Positions 40,401 through 55,400 of a stretch of DNA of 64,000 nucleotides are shown one piece after another (within the stretch, counting starts at the first letter, position 1; every line of letters begins with the position of its first letter). The DNA is from Eukaryota sp. GEM-RC1 (Eukaryota). Where the stretch lies: NCBI GenBank assembly GCA_040285855.1, contig JAUFOQ010000003.1, forward strand, positions 1,116,001 to 1,180,000, in the 5' to 3' direction. The notes under the pieces were generated by a model. It did not search any database. It was not told the origin of the DNA and saw only the letters and a program-made list of their open reading frames with translations. A program made the translations under genes and the position numbers.

Positions 40401-43400
40401 ACTCAAAGAAAGTTCAATGAAACGTGAAAAACACTTTTTGAGAACGTCAACTGGAGCGATCAGCGAAGAATCATCAGCAAAAGCACAAATTTTAACAGTT
40501 GGAAATTTTAATTGTCAGATTTTAAATAATTTTTTCAGAGCCAGACAAAACAAAAAAGGACCCAAAGGATCACATTGCTTAACCCCTCTAGTAGATTTAA
40601 TATCAAAATTGTCAAAAATTAAATTCGACGCTTTACCATAAACAAGATTGAAATAGGAAATCAACTGAGGAAAAAATTCAGAAAGTTCGTCAGATATAGG
40701 TGATCTTAAAACACAATTAAATACATTTTTAAAATCAATGCTTAAAGTGACATTTTCCTCATTTGAATAAAAAAGAAAATCAGAGGTTAAAGCAGCACAC
40801 GTAGTACCATCAGGAACTCCAACTGCAAATTCAAACGGTCTAAAGAATTCAACAGAGGAATCTCTGACTCTCCTAAAACACATAGTTGAAAAAATACGAG
40901 AAATTGTTTCACCCACTGCAATTGGTCTAACACCACCATTTGGTTTGTTTAAAGCCCCTAATCTAGAAGAGCAAAGAGCATGAGGTAATTTCTTTGTGCC
41001 TAATAAAACTTCATTAAAGAAAACAGCAAGATCTTCACAAATTTCAGGAACATCATTAACGGTTTTTTTAAAATGATCAAAACTCATACCAGAAGGACCT
41101 GCAGCACGACCAGAAGGGGATGACGAAATTAATTGTATTATTTCCATCAACTAAAACAGGCAACATGCAAAAGAACTTGCTGAAAGCAGAAGAATTTCAA
41201 ACAAGACTTCAACTTATGTGATTTAATATTTATTTTAGCAACTTCCGTCGAAGTTGACACATTGTTTTCTCGTGCGACACTTTGAACGTCTCCACTACAA
41301 CAGCAATCTTTGGAACATAGACACTATCAGAACTGCCTGTGTATCACATTGGAGTGTAGAAGATGAGGAACATTTTTTAGATAGTTTTTACTTAATGAGT
41401 TTTATAAACTGATATTGCAATATTGACCAATATACTGGATCCAATACAGTACTGATTGGTAAGTCACATTCCAATAACAATTTATTGCCAATTCAACATA
41501 CGGCATCCCTGTATACATGTATAGTTTAGCAATTACGTTTACATTCAATGAAGATGTATAGAACAAGATCAGAAGTGACAGGTCTTCAATGGTAGTTAAT
41601 GAACCCTCCAATTCTGAATGAATTTTCTCATCATTTCCCAAAAAGGTGCCAAGGAGACGAAAACATTGAGTACATCGAGTAGAATAATCGATGATAGGAA
41701 TATTACAAAAACCAAGATTAGAAACATTCGAAAACTTAACAACAAGAAAACACTTATCAAAATTAATTGCTAAACCAATACTCAAAGAAAGTTCAATGAA
41801 ACGTGAAAAACACTTTTTGAGAACGTCAACTGGAGCGATCAGCGAAGAATCATCAGCATAAGCACAAATTTTAACAGTTGGAAATTTTAATTGTCAGATT
41901 TTAAATAATTTTTTCAGAGCCAGACGAAACAAAAAAGGACCCAAAGGATCACATTGCTTAACCCCTCTAGTAGATTAAATATCAAAATTGTCAAAAATTA
42001 AATTCGACGCTTTACCATAAACAAAATTGAAATAGGAAATCAACTGAGGAAAAAATTCAGAAAGTTCGTCAGATATAGGTGATCTTAAAACACAATTAAA
42101 TACATTTTTAAAGTCAATGATTAAAGTGACATTTTCCTCATTTGAATAAAAAGAAAATCAGAGGTTAAAGCAGCACACGTAGTACCATCAGGAACTCCAA
42201 CTGCAAATTCAAACGGTCTAAAGAATTCAACAGAGGAATCTCTGACTCTCCTAAAACACATAGTTGAAAAAATACGAGAAATTGTTTCACCCACTGCAAT
42301 TGGTCTAACACCACCATTTGGTTTGTTTAAAGCCCCTAATCTAGAAGAGCAAAGAGCATGAGGTAATTTCTTTGTGCCTAATAAAACTTCATTAAAGAAA
42401 ACAGCAAGATCTTCACAAATTTCAGGAACATCATTAACGGTTTTTTTAAAATGATCAAAACTCATACCAGAAGGACCTGCAGCACGACCAGAAGGGGATG
42501 ACGAAATTAATTGTATTATTTCCATCAACTAAAACAGGCAACATGCAAAAGAACTTGCTGAAAGCAGAAGAATTTCAAACAAGACTTCAACTATGTGATT
42601 TAACATTTATTTTAGCAACTTCCGTCGAAGTTGACACATTGTTTTCTCGTGTGACACTTTGAACGTCACCTTTGGCTCCACTACAACAGCAATCTTTGGA
42701 ACATAGACACTATCAGAACTGCCTGTGTATCACATTGGAGTGTAGAAGATGAGGAACATTTTTTTAGATAGTTTTTACTTAATGAGTTTTATAAACTGAT
42801 ATTGCAATATTGACCAATATACTGGATCCAATACAGTACTGATTGGTAAGTCACATTCCAATAACAATTTATTGCCAATTCAACATACGGCATCCCTGTA
42901 TACATGTATAGTTTAGCAATTACGTTTACATTCAATGAAGATGTATAGAACAAGATCAGAAGTGACAGGTCTTCAATGGTAGTTAATGAACCCTCCAATT
43001 CTGAATGAATTTTCTCATCATTTCCCAAAAATGTGCCAAGGAGACGAAAACATTGAGTACATCGAGTAGAATAATCGATGATAGGAATATTACAAAAACC
43101 AAGATTAGAAACATTCGAAAACTTAACAACAAGAAAACACTTATCAAAATTAATTGCTGAACCAATACTCAAAGAAAGTTCAATGAAACGTGAAAAACAC
43201 TTTTTGAGAACGTCAACTGGAGCGATCAGCGAAGAATCATCAGCAAAAGCACAAATTTTAACAGTTGGAAATTTTAATTGTCAGATTTTAAATAATTTTT
43301 TCAGAGCCAGACAAAACAAAAAAGGACCCAAAGGATCACATTGCTTAACCCCTCTAGTAGATTTAATATCAAAATTGTCGAAAATTAAATTCGACGCTTT

Positions 43401-46400
43401 ACCATAAACAAGATTGAAATAGGAAATCAACTGAGGAAAAAATTCAGAAAGTTCGTCAGATATAGGTGATCTTAAAACACAATTAAATACATTTTTAAAA
43501 TCAATGCTTAAAGTGACATTTTCCTCATTTGAATAAAAAAGAAAATCAGAGGTTAAAGCAGCACACGTAGTACCATCAGGAACTCCAACTGCAAATTCAA
43601 ACGGTCTAAAGAATTCAACAGAGGAATCTCTGACTCTCCTAAAACACATAGTTGAAAAAATACGAGAAATTGTTTCACCCACTGCAATTGGTCTAACACC
43701 ACCATTTGGTTTGTTTAAAGCCCCTAATCTAGAAGAGCAAAGAGCATGAGGTAATTTCTTTGTGCCTAATAAAACTTCATTAAAGAAAACAGCAAGATCT
43801 TCACAAATTTCAGGAACATCATTAACGGTTTTTTTAAAATGATCAAAACTCATACCAGAAGGACCTGCAGCACGACCAGAAGGGGATGACGAAATTAATT
43901 GTATTATTTCCATCAACTAAAACAGGCAACATGCAAAAGAACTTGCTGAAAGCAGAAGAATTTCAAACAAGACTTCAACTTATGTGATTTAATATTTATT
44001 TTAGCAACTTCCGTCGAAGTTGACACATTGTTTTCTCGTGCGACACTTTGAACGTCACCTTTGGCTCCACTACAACAGCAATCTTTGGAACATAGACACT
44101 ATCAGAACTGCCTGTGTATCACATTGGAGTGTAGAAGATGAGGAACATTTTTTAGATAGTTTTTACTTAATGAGTTTTATAAACTGATATTGCAATATTG
44201 ACCAATATACTGGATCCAATACAGTACTGATTGGTAAGTCACATTCCAATAACAATTTATTGCCAATTCAACATACGGCATCCCTGTATACATGTATAGT
44301 TTAGCAATTACGTTTACATTCAATGAAGATGTATAGAACAAGATCAGAAGTGACAGGTCTTCAATGGTAGTTAATGAACCCTCCAATTCTGAATGAATTT
44401 TCTCATCATTTCCCAAAAATGTGCCAATTTCATGCAATGTGTAAGTCCTACAAAATCGAATCTTTCGTTGAGCCACTGTTGAGATCACTGGAAATCAATA
44501 ATTCAAAAAATAGTGATTCTGATAAGACTTTTGGTAAACGAAGAGCTGATGTTATAGTTCCATCAGTTAATGATGAACTAACCGTTGTTGATGTGATTAC
44601 TGTGGATGTTTGCAAAAAAGTGCATTCAAGGATGCTAAAACTGAAGTTTCGCCACTGAATTCTTCAGAACAATACAAGAGAAACAAATATGATGAACCAC
44701 TGACTGCTCTCAAACATATTAGACATGTTGAGTACAAATTATGTCCTTTGCAATTTCAATTTATGGTCGACTTGGTAGAGATGCTCTTTGTTTTCTCTCT
44801 GATTTTGAGAAAGTGGTCAAAAAAAGAATGAACAAGAAATTTGATTTCAAATTTTGGTTGAATCGTATTGTTTTTACAATATTTAAAACAATTCCTATCA
44901 TGATTTCAAAAGCTCTATTAGCTCTCAGTGTTTTTTATGAAGAAAAAGCTGATGTGAGTTTTAATGGCAATGATTGTTGCTTTAATGATATTGAATTCTA
45001 GTATTTGTGTTTATTTTAATGTTTTTAATAAAGGGGTTTGGAGAAAATGTGCCAAGGAGACGAAAACATTGAGTACATCGAGTAGAATAATCGATGATAG
45101 GAATATTACAAAAACCAAGATTAGAAACATTCGAAAACTTAACAACAAGAAAACACTTATCAAAATTAATTGCTGAACCAATACTCAAAGAAAGTTCAAT
45201 GAAACGTGAAAAACACCTTTTGAGAACGTCAACTGGAGCGATCAGCGAAGAATCATCAGCAAAAGCACAAATTTTAACAGTTGGAAATTTTAATTGTCAG
45301 ATTTTAAATAATTTTTTCAGAGCCAGACAAAACAAAAAAGGACCCAAAGAATCACATTGCTTAACCCCTCTAGTAGATTTAATATCAAAATTGTCAAAAA
45401 TTAAATTCGACGCTTTACCATAAACAAGATTGAAATAGGAAATCAACTGAGGAAAAAATTCAGAAAGTTCGTCAGATATAGTTGATCTTAAAACACAATT
45501 AAATACATTTTTAAAATCAATGCTTAAAGTGACATTTTCCTCATTTGAATAAAAAAGAAAATCAGAGGTTAAAGCAGCACACGTAGTACCATCAGGAACT
45601 CCAACTGCAAATTCAAACGGTCTAAAGAATTCAACAGAGGAATCTCTGACTCTCCTAAAACACATAGTTGAAAAAATACGAGAAATTGTTTCACCCACTG
45701 CAATTGGTCTAACACCACCATTTGGTTTGTTTAAAGCCCCTAATCTAGAAGAGCAAAAAGCATGAGGTAATTTCTTTGTGCCTAATAAAACTTCATTAAA
45801 GAAAACAGCAAGATCTTCACCAATTTCAGGAACATCATTAACGGTTTTTTTAAAATGATCAAAACTCATACCAGAAGGACCTGCAGCACGACCAGAAGGG
45901 GATGACGAAATTAATTGTATTATTTCCATCAACTAAAACAGGCAACATGCAAAAGAACTTGCTGAAAGCAGAAGAATTTCAAACAAGACTTCAACTATGT
46001 GATTTAACATTTATTTTAGCAACTTCCGTCGAAGTTGACACATTGTTTTCTCGTGTGACACTTTGAACGTCACCTTTGGCTCCACTACAACAGCAATCTT
46101 TGGAACATAGACACTATCAGAACTGCCTGTGTATCACATTGGAGTGTAGAAGATGAGGAACATTTTTTAGATAGTTTTTACTTAATGAGTTTTATAAACT
46201 GATATTGCAATATTGACCAATATACTGGATCCAATACAGTACTGATTGGTAAGTCACATTCCAATAACAATTTATTGCCAATTCAACATACGGCATCCCT
46301 GTATACATGTATAGTTTAGCAATTACGTTTACATTCAATGAAGATGTATAGAACAAGATCAGAAGTGACAGGTCTTCAATGGTAGTTAATGAACCCTCCA

Positions 46401-49400
46401 ATTCTGAATGAATTTTCTCATCATTTCCCAAAAATGTGCCAAGGAGACGAAAACATTGAGTACATCGAGTAGAATAATCGATGATAGGAATATTACAAAA
46501 ACCAAGATTAGAAACATTCGAAAACTTAACAACAAGAAAACACTTATCAAAATTAATTGCTGAACCAATACTCAAAGAAAGTTCAATGAAACGTGAAAAA
46601 CACTTTTTGAGAACGTCAACTGGAGCGATCAGCGAAGAATCATCAGCAAAAGCACAAATTTTAACAGTTGGAAATTTTAATTGTCAGATTTTAAATAATT
46701 TTTTCAGAGCCAGACAAAACAAAAAAGGACCCAAAGGATCACATTGCTTAACCCCTCTAGTAGATTTAATATCAAAATTGTCAAAAATTAAATTCGACGC
46801 TTTACCATAAACAAAATTGAAATAGGAAATCAACTGAGGAAAAAATTCAGAAAGTTCGTCAGATATAGGTGATCTTAAAACACAATTAAATACATTTTTA
46901 AAGTCAATGATTAAAGTGACATTTTCCTCATTTGAATAAAAAAGAAAATCAGAGGTTAAAGCAGCACACGTAGTACCATCAGGAACTCCAACTGCAAATT
47001 CAAACGGTCTAACGAATTCAACAGAGGAATCTCTGACTCTCCTAAAACACATAGTTGAAAAAATACGAGAAATTGTTTCACCCACTGCAATTGGTCTAAC
47101 ACCACCATTTGGTTTGTTTAAAGCCCCTAATCTAGAAGAGCAAAGAGCATGAGGTAATTTCTTTGTGCCTAATAAAACTTCATTAAAGAAAACAGCAAGA
47201 TCTTCACAAATTTCAGGAACATCATTAACGGTTTTTTTAAAATGATCAAAACTCATACCAGAAGGACCTGCAGCACGACCAGAAGGGGATGACGAAATTA
47301 ATTGTATTATTTCCATCAACTAAAACAGGCAACATGCAAAAGAACTTGCTGAAAGCAGAAGAATTTCAAACAAGACTTCAACTATGTGATTTAACATTTA
47401 TTTTAGCAACTTCCGTCGAAGTTGACACATTGTTTTCTCGTGTGACACTTTGAACGTCACCTTTGGCTCCACTACAACAGCAATCTTTGGAACATAGACA
47501 CTATCAGAACTGCCTGTGTATCACATTGGAGTGTAGAAGATGAGGAACATTTTTTAGATAGTTTTTACTTAATGAGTTTTATAAACTGATGTTGCAATAT
47601 TGACCAATATACTGGATCCAATACAGTACTGATTGGTAAGTCACATTCCAATAACAATTTATTGCCAATTCAACATACGGCATCCCTGTATACATGTATA
47701 GTTTAGCAATTACGTTTACATTCAATGAAGATGTATAGAACAAGATCAGAAGTGACAGGTCTTCAATGGTAGTTAATGAACCCTCCAATTCTGAATGAAT
47801 TTTCTCATCATTTCCCAAAAATGTGCCAAGGAGACGAAAACATTGAGTACATCGAGTAGAATAATCGATGATAGGAATATTACAAAAACCAAGATTAGAA
47901 ACATTCGAAAACTTAACAACAAGAAAACACTTATCAAAATTAATTGCTGAACCAATACTCAAAGAAAGTTCAATGAAACGTGAAAAACACTTTTTGAGAA
48001 CGTCAACTGGAGCGATCAGCGAAGAATCATCAGCAAAAGCACAAATTTTAACAGTTGGAAATTTTAATTGTCAGATTTTAAATAATTTTTTCAGAGCCAG
48101 ACAAAACAAAAAAGGACCCAAAGGATCACATTGCTTAACCCCTCTAGTAGATTTAATATCAAAATTGTCAAAAATTAAATTCGACGCTTTACCATAAACA
48201 AGATTGAAATAGGAAATCAACTGAGGAAAAAATTCAGAAAGTTCGTCAGATATAGGTGATCTTAAAACACAATTAAATACATTTTTAAAATCAATGCTTA
48301 AAGTGACATTTTCCTCATTTGAATAAAAAAGAAAATCAGAGGTTAAAGCAGCACACGTAGTACCATCAGGAACTCCAACTGCAAATTCAAACGGTCTAAA
48401 GAATTCAACAGAGGAATCTCTGACTCTCCTAAAACACATAGTTGAAAAAATACGAGAAATTGTTTCACCCACTGCAATTGGTCTAACACCACCATTTGGT
48501 TTGTTTAAAGCCCCTAATCTAGAAGAGCAAAGAGCATGAGGTAATTTCTTTGTGCCTAATAAAACTTCATTAAAGAAAACAGCAAGATCTTCACAAATTT
48601 CAGGAACATCATTAACGGTTTTTTTAAAATGATCAAAACTCATACCAGAAGGACCTGCAGCACGACCAGAAGGAGATGACGAAATTAATTGTATTATTTC
48701 CATCAACTAAAACAGGCAACATGCAAAAGAACTTGCTGAAAGCAGAAGAATTTCAAACAAGACTTCAACTTATGTGATTTAATATTTATTTTAGCAACTT
48801 CCGTCGAAGTTGACACATTGTTTTCTCGTGCGACACTTTGAACGTCACCTTTGGCTCCACTACAACAGCAATCTTTGGAACATAGACACTATCAGAACTG
48901 CCTGTGTATCACATTGGAGTGTAGAAGATGAGGAACATTTTTTAGATAGTTTTTACTTAATGAGTTTTATAAACTGATATTGCAATATTGACCAATATAC
49001 TGGATCCAATACAGTACTGATTGGTAAGTCACATTCCAATAACAATTTATTGCCAATTCAACATACGGCATCCCTGTATACATGTATAGTTTAGCAATTA
49101 TGTTTACATTCAATGAAGATGTATAGAACAAGATCAGAAGTGACAGGTCTTCAATGGTAGTTAATGAACCCTCCAATTCTGAATGAATTTTCTCATCATT
49201 TCCCAAAAATGTGCCAAGGAGACGAAGACATTGAGTACATCGAGTAGAATAATCGATGATAGGAATATTACAAAAACCAAGATTAGAAACATTCGAAAAC
49301 TTAACAACAAGAAAACACTTATCAAAATTAATTGCTGAACCAGTACTCAAAGAAAGTTCAATGAAACGTGAAAAACACTTTTTGAGAACGTCAACTGGAG

Positions 49401-52400
49401 CGATCAGCGAAGAATCATCAGCAAAAGCACAAATTTTAACAGTTGGAAATTTTAATTGTCAGATTTTAAATAATTTTTTCAGAGCCAGACAAAACAAAAA
49501 AGGACCCAAAGGATCACATTGCTTAACCCCTCTAGTAGATTTAATATCAAAATTGTCAAAAATTAAATTCGACGCTTTACCATAAACAAGATTGAAATAG
49601 GAAATCAACTGAGGAAAAAATTCAGAAAGTTCGTCAGATATAGGTGATCTTAAAACACAATTAAATACATTTTTAAAATCAATGCTTAAAGTGACATTTT
49701 CCTCATTTGAATAAAAAAGAAAATCAGAGGTTAAAGCAGCACACGTAGTACCATCAGGAACTCCAACTGCAAATTCAAACGGTCTAAAGAATTCAACAGA
49801 GGAATCTCTGACTCTCCTAAAACACATAGTTGAAAAAATACGAGAAATTGTTTCACCCACTGCAATTGGTCTAACACCACCATTTGGTTTGTTTAAAGCC
49901 CCTAATCTAGAAGAGCAAAAAGCATGAGGTAATTTCTTTGTGCCTAATAAAACTTCATTAAAGAAAACAGCAAGATCTTCACAAATTTCAGGAACATCAT
50001 TAACGGTTTTTTTTAAAATGATCAAAACTCATACCAGAAGGACCTGCAGCACGACCAGAAGGGGATGACGAAATTAATTGTATTATTTCCATCAACTAAA
50101 ACAGGCAACATGCAAAAGAACTTGCTGAAAGCAGAAGAATTTCAAACAAGACTTCAACTTATGTGATTTAATATTTATTTTAGCAACTTCCGTCGAAGTT
50201 GACACATTGTTTTCTCGTGCGACACTTTGAACGTCACCTTTGGCTCCACTACAACAGCAATCTTTGGAACATAGACACTATCAGAACTGCCTGTGTATCA
50301 CATTGGAGTGTAGAAGATGAGGAACATTTTTTTAGATAGTTTTTACTTAATGAGTTTTATAAACTGATATTGCAATATTGACCAATATACTGGATCCAAT
50401 ACAGTACTGATTGGTAAGTCACATTCCAATAACAATTTATTGCCAATTCAACATACGGCATCCCTGTATACATGTATAGTTTAGCAATTATGTTTACATT
50501 CAATGAAGATGTATAGAACAAGATCAGAAGTGACAGGTCTTCAATGGTAGTTAATGAACCCTCCAATTCTGAATGAATTTTCTCATCATTTCCCAAAAAT
50601 GTGCCAAGGAGACGAAAACATTGAGTACATCGAGTAGAATAATCGATGATAGGAATATTACAAAAACCAAGATTAGAAACATTCGAAAACTTAACAACAA
50701 GAAAACACTTATCAAAATTAATTGCTGAACCAGTACTCAAAGAAAGTTCAATGAAACGTGAAAAACACTTTTTGAGAACGTCAACTGGAGCGATCAGCGA
50801 AGAATCATCAGCAAAAGCACAAATTTTAACAGTTGGAAATTTTAATTGTCAGATTTTAAATAATTTTTTCAGAGCCAGACAAAACAAAAAAGGACCCAAA
50901 GGATCACATTGCTTAACCCCTCTAGTAGATTTAATATCAAAATTGTCAAAAATTAAATTCGACGCTTTACCATAAACAAGATTGAAATAGGAAATCAACT
51001 GAGGAAAAAATTCAGAAAGTTCGTCAGATATAGGTGATCTTAAAACACAATTAAATACATTTTTAAAATCAATGCTTAAAGTGACATTTTCCTCATTTGA
51101 ATAAAAAAGAAAATCAGAGGTTAAAGCAGCACACGTAGTACCATCAGGAACTCCAACTGCAAATTCAAACGGTCTAAAGAATTCAACAGAGGAATCTCTG
51201 ACTCTCCTAAAACACATAGTTGAAAAAATACGAGAAATTGTTTCACCCACTGCAATTGGTCTAACACCACCATTTGGTTTGTTTAAAGCCCCTAATCTAG
51301 AAGAGCAAAAAGCATGAGGTAATTTCTTTGTGCCTAATAAAACTTCATTAAAGAAAACAGCAAGATCTTCACAAATTTCAGGAACATCATTAACGGTTTT
51401 TTTAAAATGATCAAAACTCATACCAGAAGGACCTGCAGCACGACCAGAAGGGGATGACGAAATTAATTGTATTATTGCCATCAACTAAAACAGGCAACAT
51501 GCAAAAGAACTTGCTGAAAGCAGAAGAATTTCAAACAAGACTTCAACTATGCGATTTAACATTTATTTTAGCAACTTCCGTCGAAGTTGACACATTGTTT
51601 TCTCGTGTGACACTTTGAACGTCACCTTTGGCTCCACTACAACAGCAATCTTTGGAACATAGACACTATCAGAACTGCCTGTGTATCACATTGGAGTGTA
51701 GAAGATGAGGAACATTTTTTAGATAGTTTTTACTTAATGAGTTTTATAAACTGATATTGCAATATTGACCAATATACTGGATCCAATACAGTACTGATTG
51801 GTAAGTCACATTCCAATAACAATTTATTGCCAATTCAACATACGGCATCCCTGTATACATGTATAGTTTAGCAATTACGTTTACATTCAATGAAGATGTA
51901 TAGAACAAGATCAGAAGTGACAGGTCTTCAATGGTAGTTAATGAACCCTCCAATTCTGAATGAATTTTCTCATCATTTCCCAAAAATGTGCCAAGGAGAC
52001 GAAAACATTGAGTACATCGAGTAGAATAATCGATGATAGGAATATTACAAAAACCAAGATTAGAAACATTCGAAAACTTAACAACAAGAAAACACTTATC
52101 AAAATTAATTGCTAAACCAATACTCAAAGAAAGTTCAATGAAACGTGAAAAACACTTTTTGAGAACGTCAACTGGAGCGATCAGCGAAGAATCATCAGCA
52201 TAAGCACAAATTTTAACAGTTGGAAATTTTAATTGTCAGATTTTAAATAATTTTTCAGAGCCAGACGAAACAAAAAAGGACCCAAAGGATCACATTGCTT
52301 AACCCCTCTAGTAGATTAAATATCAAAATTGTCAAAAATTAAATTCGATACTTTACCATAAACAAAATTGAAATAGGAAATCAACTGAGGAAAAAATTCA

Positions 52401-55400
52401 GAAAGTTCGTCAGATATAGGTGATCTTAAAACACAATTAAATACATTTTTAAAGTCAATGCTTAAAGTGACATTTTCCTCATTTGAATAAAAAGAAAATC
52501 AGAGGTTAAAGCAGCACACGTAGTACCATCATGAACTCCAACTGCAAATTCAAACGGTCTAAAGAATTCAACAGAGGAATCTCTGACTCTCCTAAAACAC
52601 ATAGTTGAAAAAATACGAGAAATTGTTTCACCCACTGCAATTGGTCTAACACCACCATTTGGTTTGTTTAAAGCCCCTAATCTAGAAGAGCAAAGAGCAT
52701 GAGGTAATTTCTTTGTGCCTAATAAAACTTCATTAAAGAAAACAGCAAGATCTTCACAAATTTCAGGAACATCATTAACGGTTTTTTTAAAATGATCAAA
52801 ACTCATACCAGAAGGACCTGCAGCACGACCAGAAGGGGATGACGAAATTAATTGTATTATTTCCATCAACTAAAACAGGCAACATGCAAAAGAACTTGCT
52901 GAAAGCAGAAGAATTTCAAACAAGACTTCAATCTATGTGATTTAATATTTATTTTAGCAACTTCTGTCGAAGTTGACACATTGTTTTCTCGTGTGACACT
53001 TTGAACGTCACCTTTGGCTCCACTACAACAGCAATCTTTGGAACATAGACACTATCAGAACTGCCTGTGTATCACATTGGAGTGTAGAAGATGAGGAACA
53101 TTTTTTAAATAGTTTTTACTTAATGAGTTTTATAAACTGATATTGCAATATTGACCAATATACTGGATCCAATACAGTACTGATTGGTAAGTCACATTCC
53201 GATAACAATTTATTGCCAATTCAACATACGGCATCCCTGTATACATGTATAGTTTAGCAATTACGTTTACATTCAATGAAGATGTTTAGAACAAGATCAG
53301 AAGTGACAGGTCTTCAATGGTAGTTAATGAACCCTCCAATTCTGAATGAATTTTCTCATCATTTCCCAAAAATGTGCCAAGGAGACGAAAACATTGAGTA
53401 CATCGAGTAGAATAATCGATGATAGGAATATTACAAAAACCAAGATTAGAAACATTCGAAAACTTAACAACAAGAAAACACTTATCAAAATTAATTGCTG
53501 AACCAATACTCAAAGAAAGTTCAATGAAACGTGAAAAACACTTTTTGAGAACGTCAACTGGAGCGATCAGCGAAGAATCATCAGCAAAAGCACAAATTTT
53601 AACAGTTGGAAATTTTAATTGTCAGATTTTAAATAATTTTTTCAGAGCCAGACAAAACAAAAAAGGACCCAAAGGATCACATTGCTTAACCCCTCTAGTA
53701 GATTTAATATCAAAATTGTCAAAAATTAAATTCGACGCTTTACCATAAACAAGATTGAAATAGGAAATCAACTGAGGAAAAAATTCAGAAAGTTCGTCAG
53801 ATATAGGTGATCTTAAAACACAATTAAATACATTTTTAAAATCAATGCTTAAAGTGACATTTTCCTCATTTGAATAAAAAAAGAAAATCAGAGGTTAAAG
53901 CAGCACACGTAGTACCATCAGGAACTCCAACTGCAAATTCAAACGGTCTAAAGAATTCAACAGAGGAATCTCTGACTCTCCTAAAACACATAGTTGAAAA
54001 AATACGAGAAATTGTTTCACCCACTGCAATTGGTCTAACACCACCATTTGGTTTGTTTAAAGCCCCTAATCTAGAAGAGCAAAGAGCATGAGGTAATTTC
54101 TTTGTGCCTAATAAAACTTCATTAAAGAAAACAGCAAGATCTTCACAAATTTCAGGAACATCATTAACGGTTTTTTTAAAATGATCAAAACTCATACCAG
54201 AAGGACCTGCAGCACGACCAGAAGGAGATGACGAAATTAATTGTATTATTTCCATCAACTAAAACAGGCAACATGCAAAAGAACTTGCTGAAAGCAGAAG
54301 AATTTCAAACAAGACTTCAACTTATGTGATTTAATATTTATTTTAGCAACTTCCGTCGAAGTTGACACATTGTTTTCTCGTGCGACACTTTGAACGTCAC
54401 CTTTGGCTCCACTACAACAGCAATCTTTGGAACATAGACACTATCAGAACTGCCTGTGTATCACATTGGAGTGTAGAAGATGAGAAACATTTTTTAGATA
54501 GTTTTTACTTAATGAGTTTTATAAACTGATATTGCAATATTGACCAATATACTGGATCCAATACAGTACTGATTGGTAAGTCACATTCAATAACAATTTA
54601 TTGCAAATTCAACATACGGCATCCCTGTATACATGTATAGTTTAGCAATTACGTTTACATTCAATGAAGATGTATAGAACAAGATCAGAAGTGACAGGTC
54701 TTCAATGGTAGTTAATGAACCCTCCAATTCTGAATGAATTTTCTCATCATTTCCCAAAAATGTGCCAAGGAGACGAAAACATTGAGTACATCGAGTAGAA
54801 TAATCGATGATAGGAATATTACAAAAACCAAGATTAGAAACATTCGAAAACTTAACAACAAGAAAACACTTATCAAAATTAATTGCTGAACCAATACTCA
54901 AAGAAAGTTCAATGAAACGTGAAAAACACTTTTTCAGAACGTCAACTGGAGCGATCAGCGAAGAATCATCAGCAAAAGCACAAATTTTAACAGTTGGAAA
55001 TTTTAATTGTCAGATTTTAAATAATTTTTTCAGAGCCAGACAAAACAAAAAAAGGACCCAAAGGATCACATTGCTTAACCCCTCTAGTAGATTTAATATC
55101 AAAATTGTCAAAAATTAAATTCGACGCTTTACCATAAACAAGATTGAAATAGGAAATCAACTGAGGAAAAAATTCAGAAAGTTCGTCAGATATAGTTGAT
55201 CTTAAAACACAATTAAATACATTTTTAAAATCAATGCTTAAAGTGACATTTTCCTCATTTGAATAAAAAAAGAAAATCAGAGGTTAAAGCAGCACACGTA
55301 GTACCATCAGGAACTCCAACTGCAAATTCAAACGGTCTAAAGAATTCAACAGAGGAATCTCTGACTCTCCTAAAACACATAGTTGAAAAAATACGAGAAA

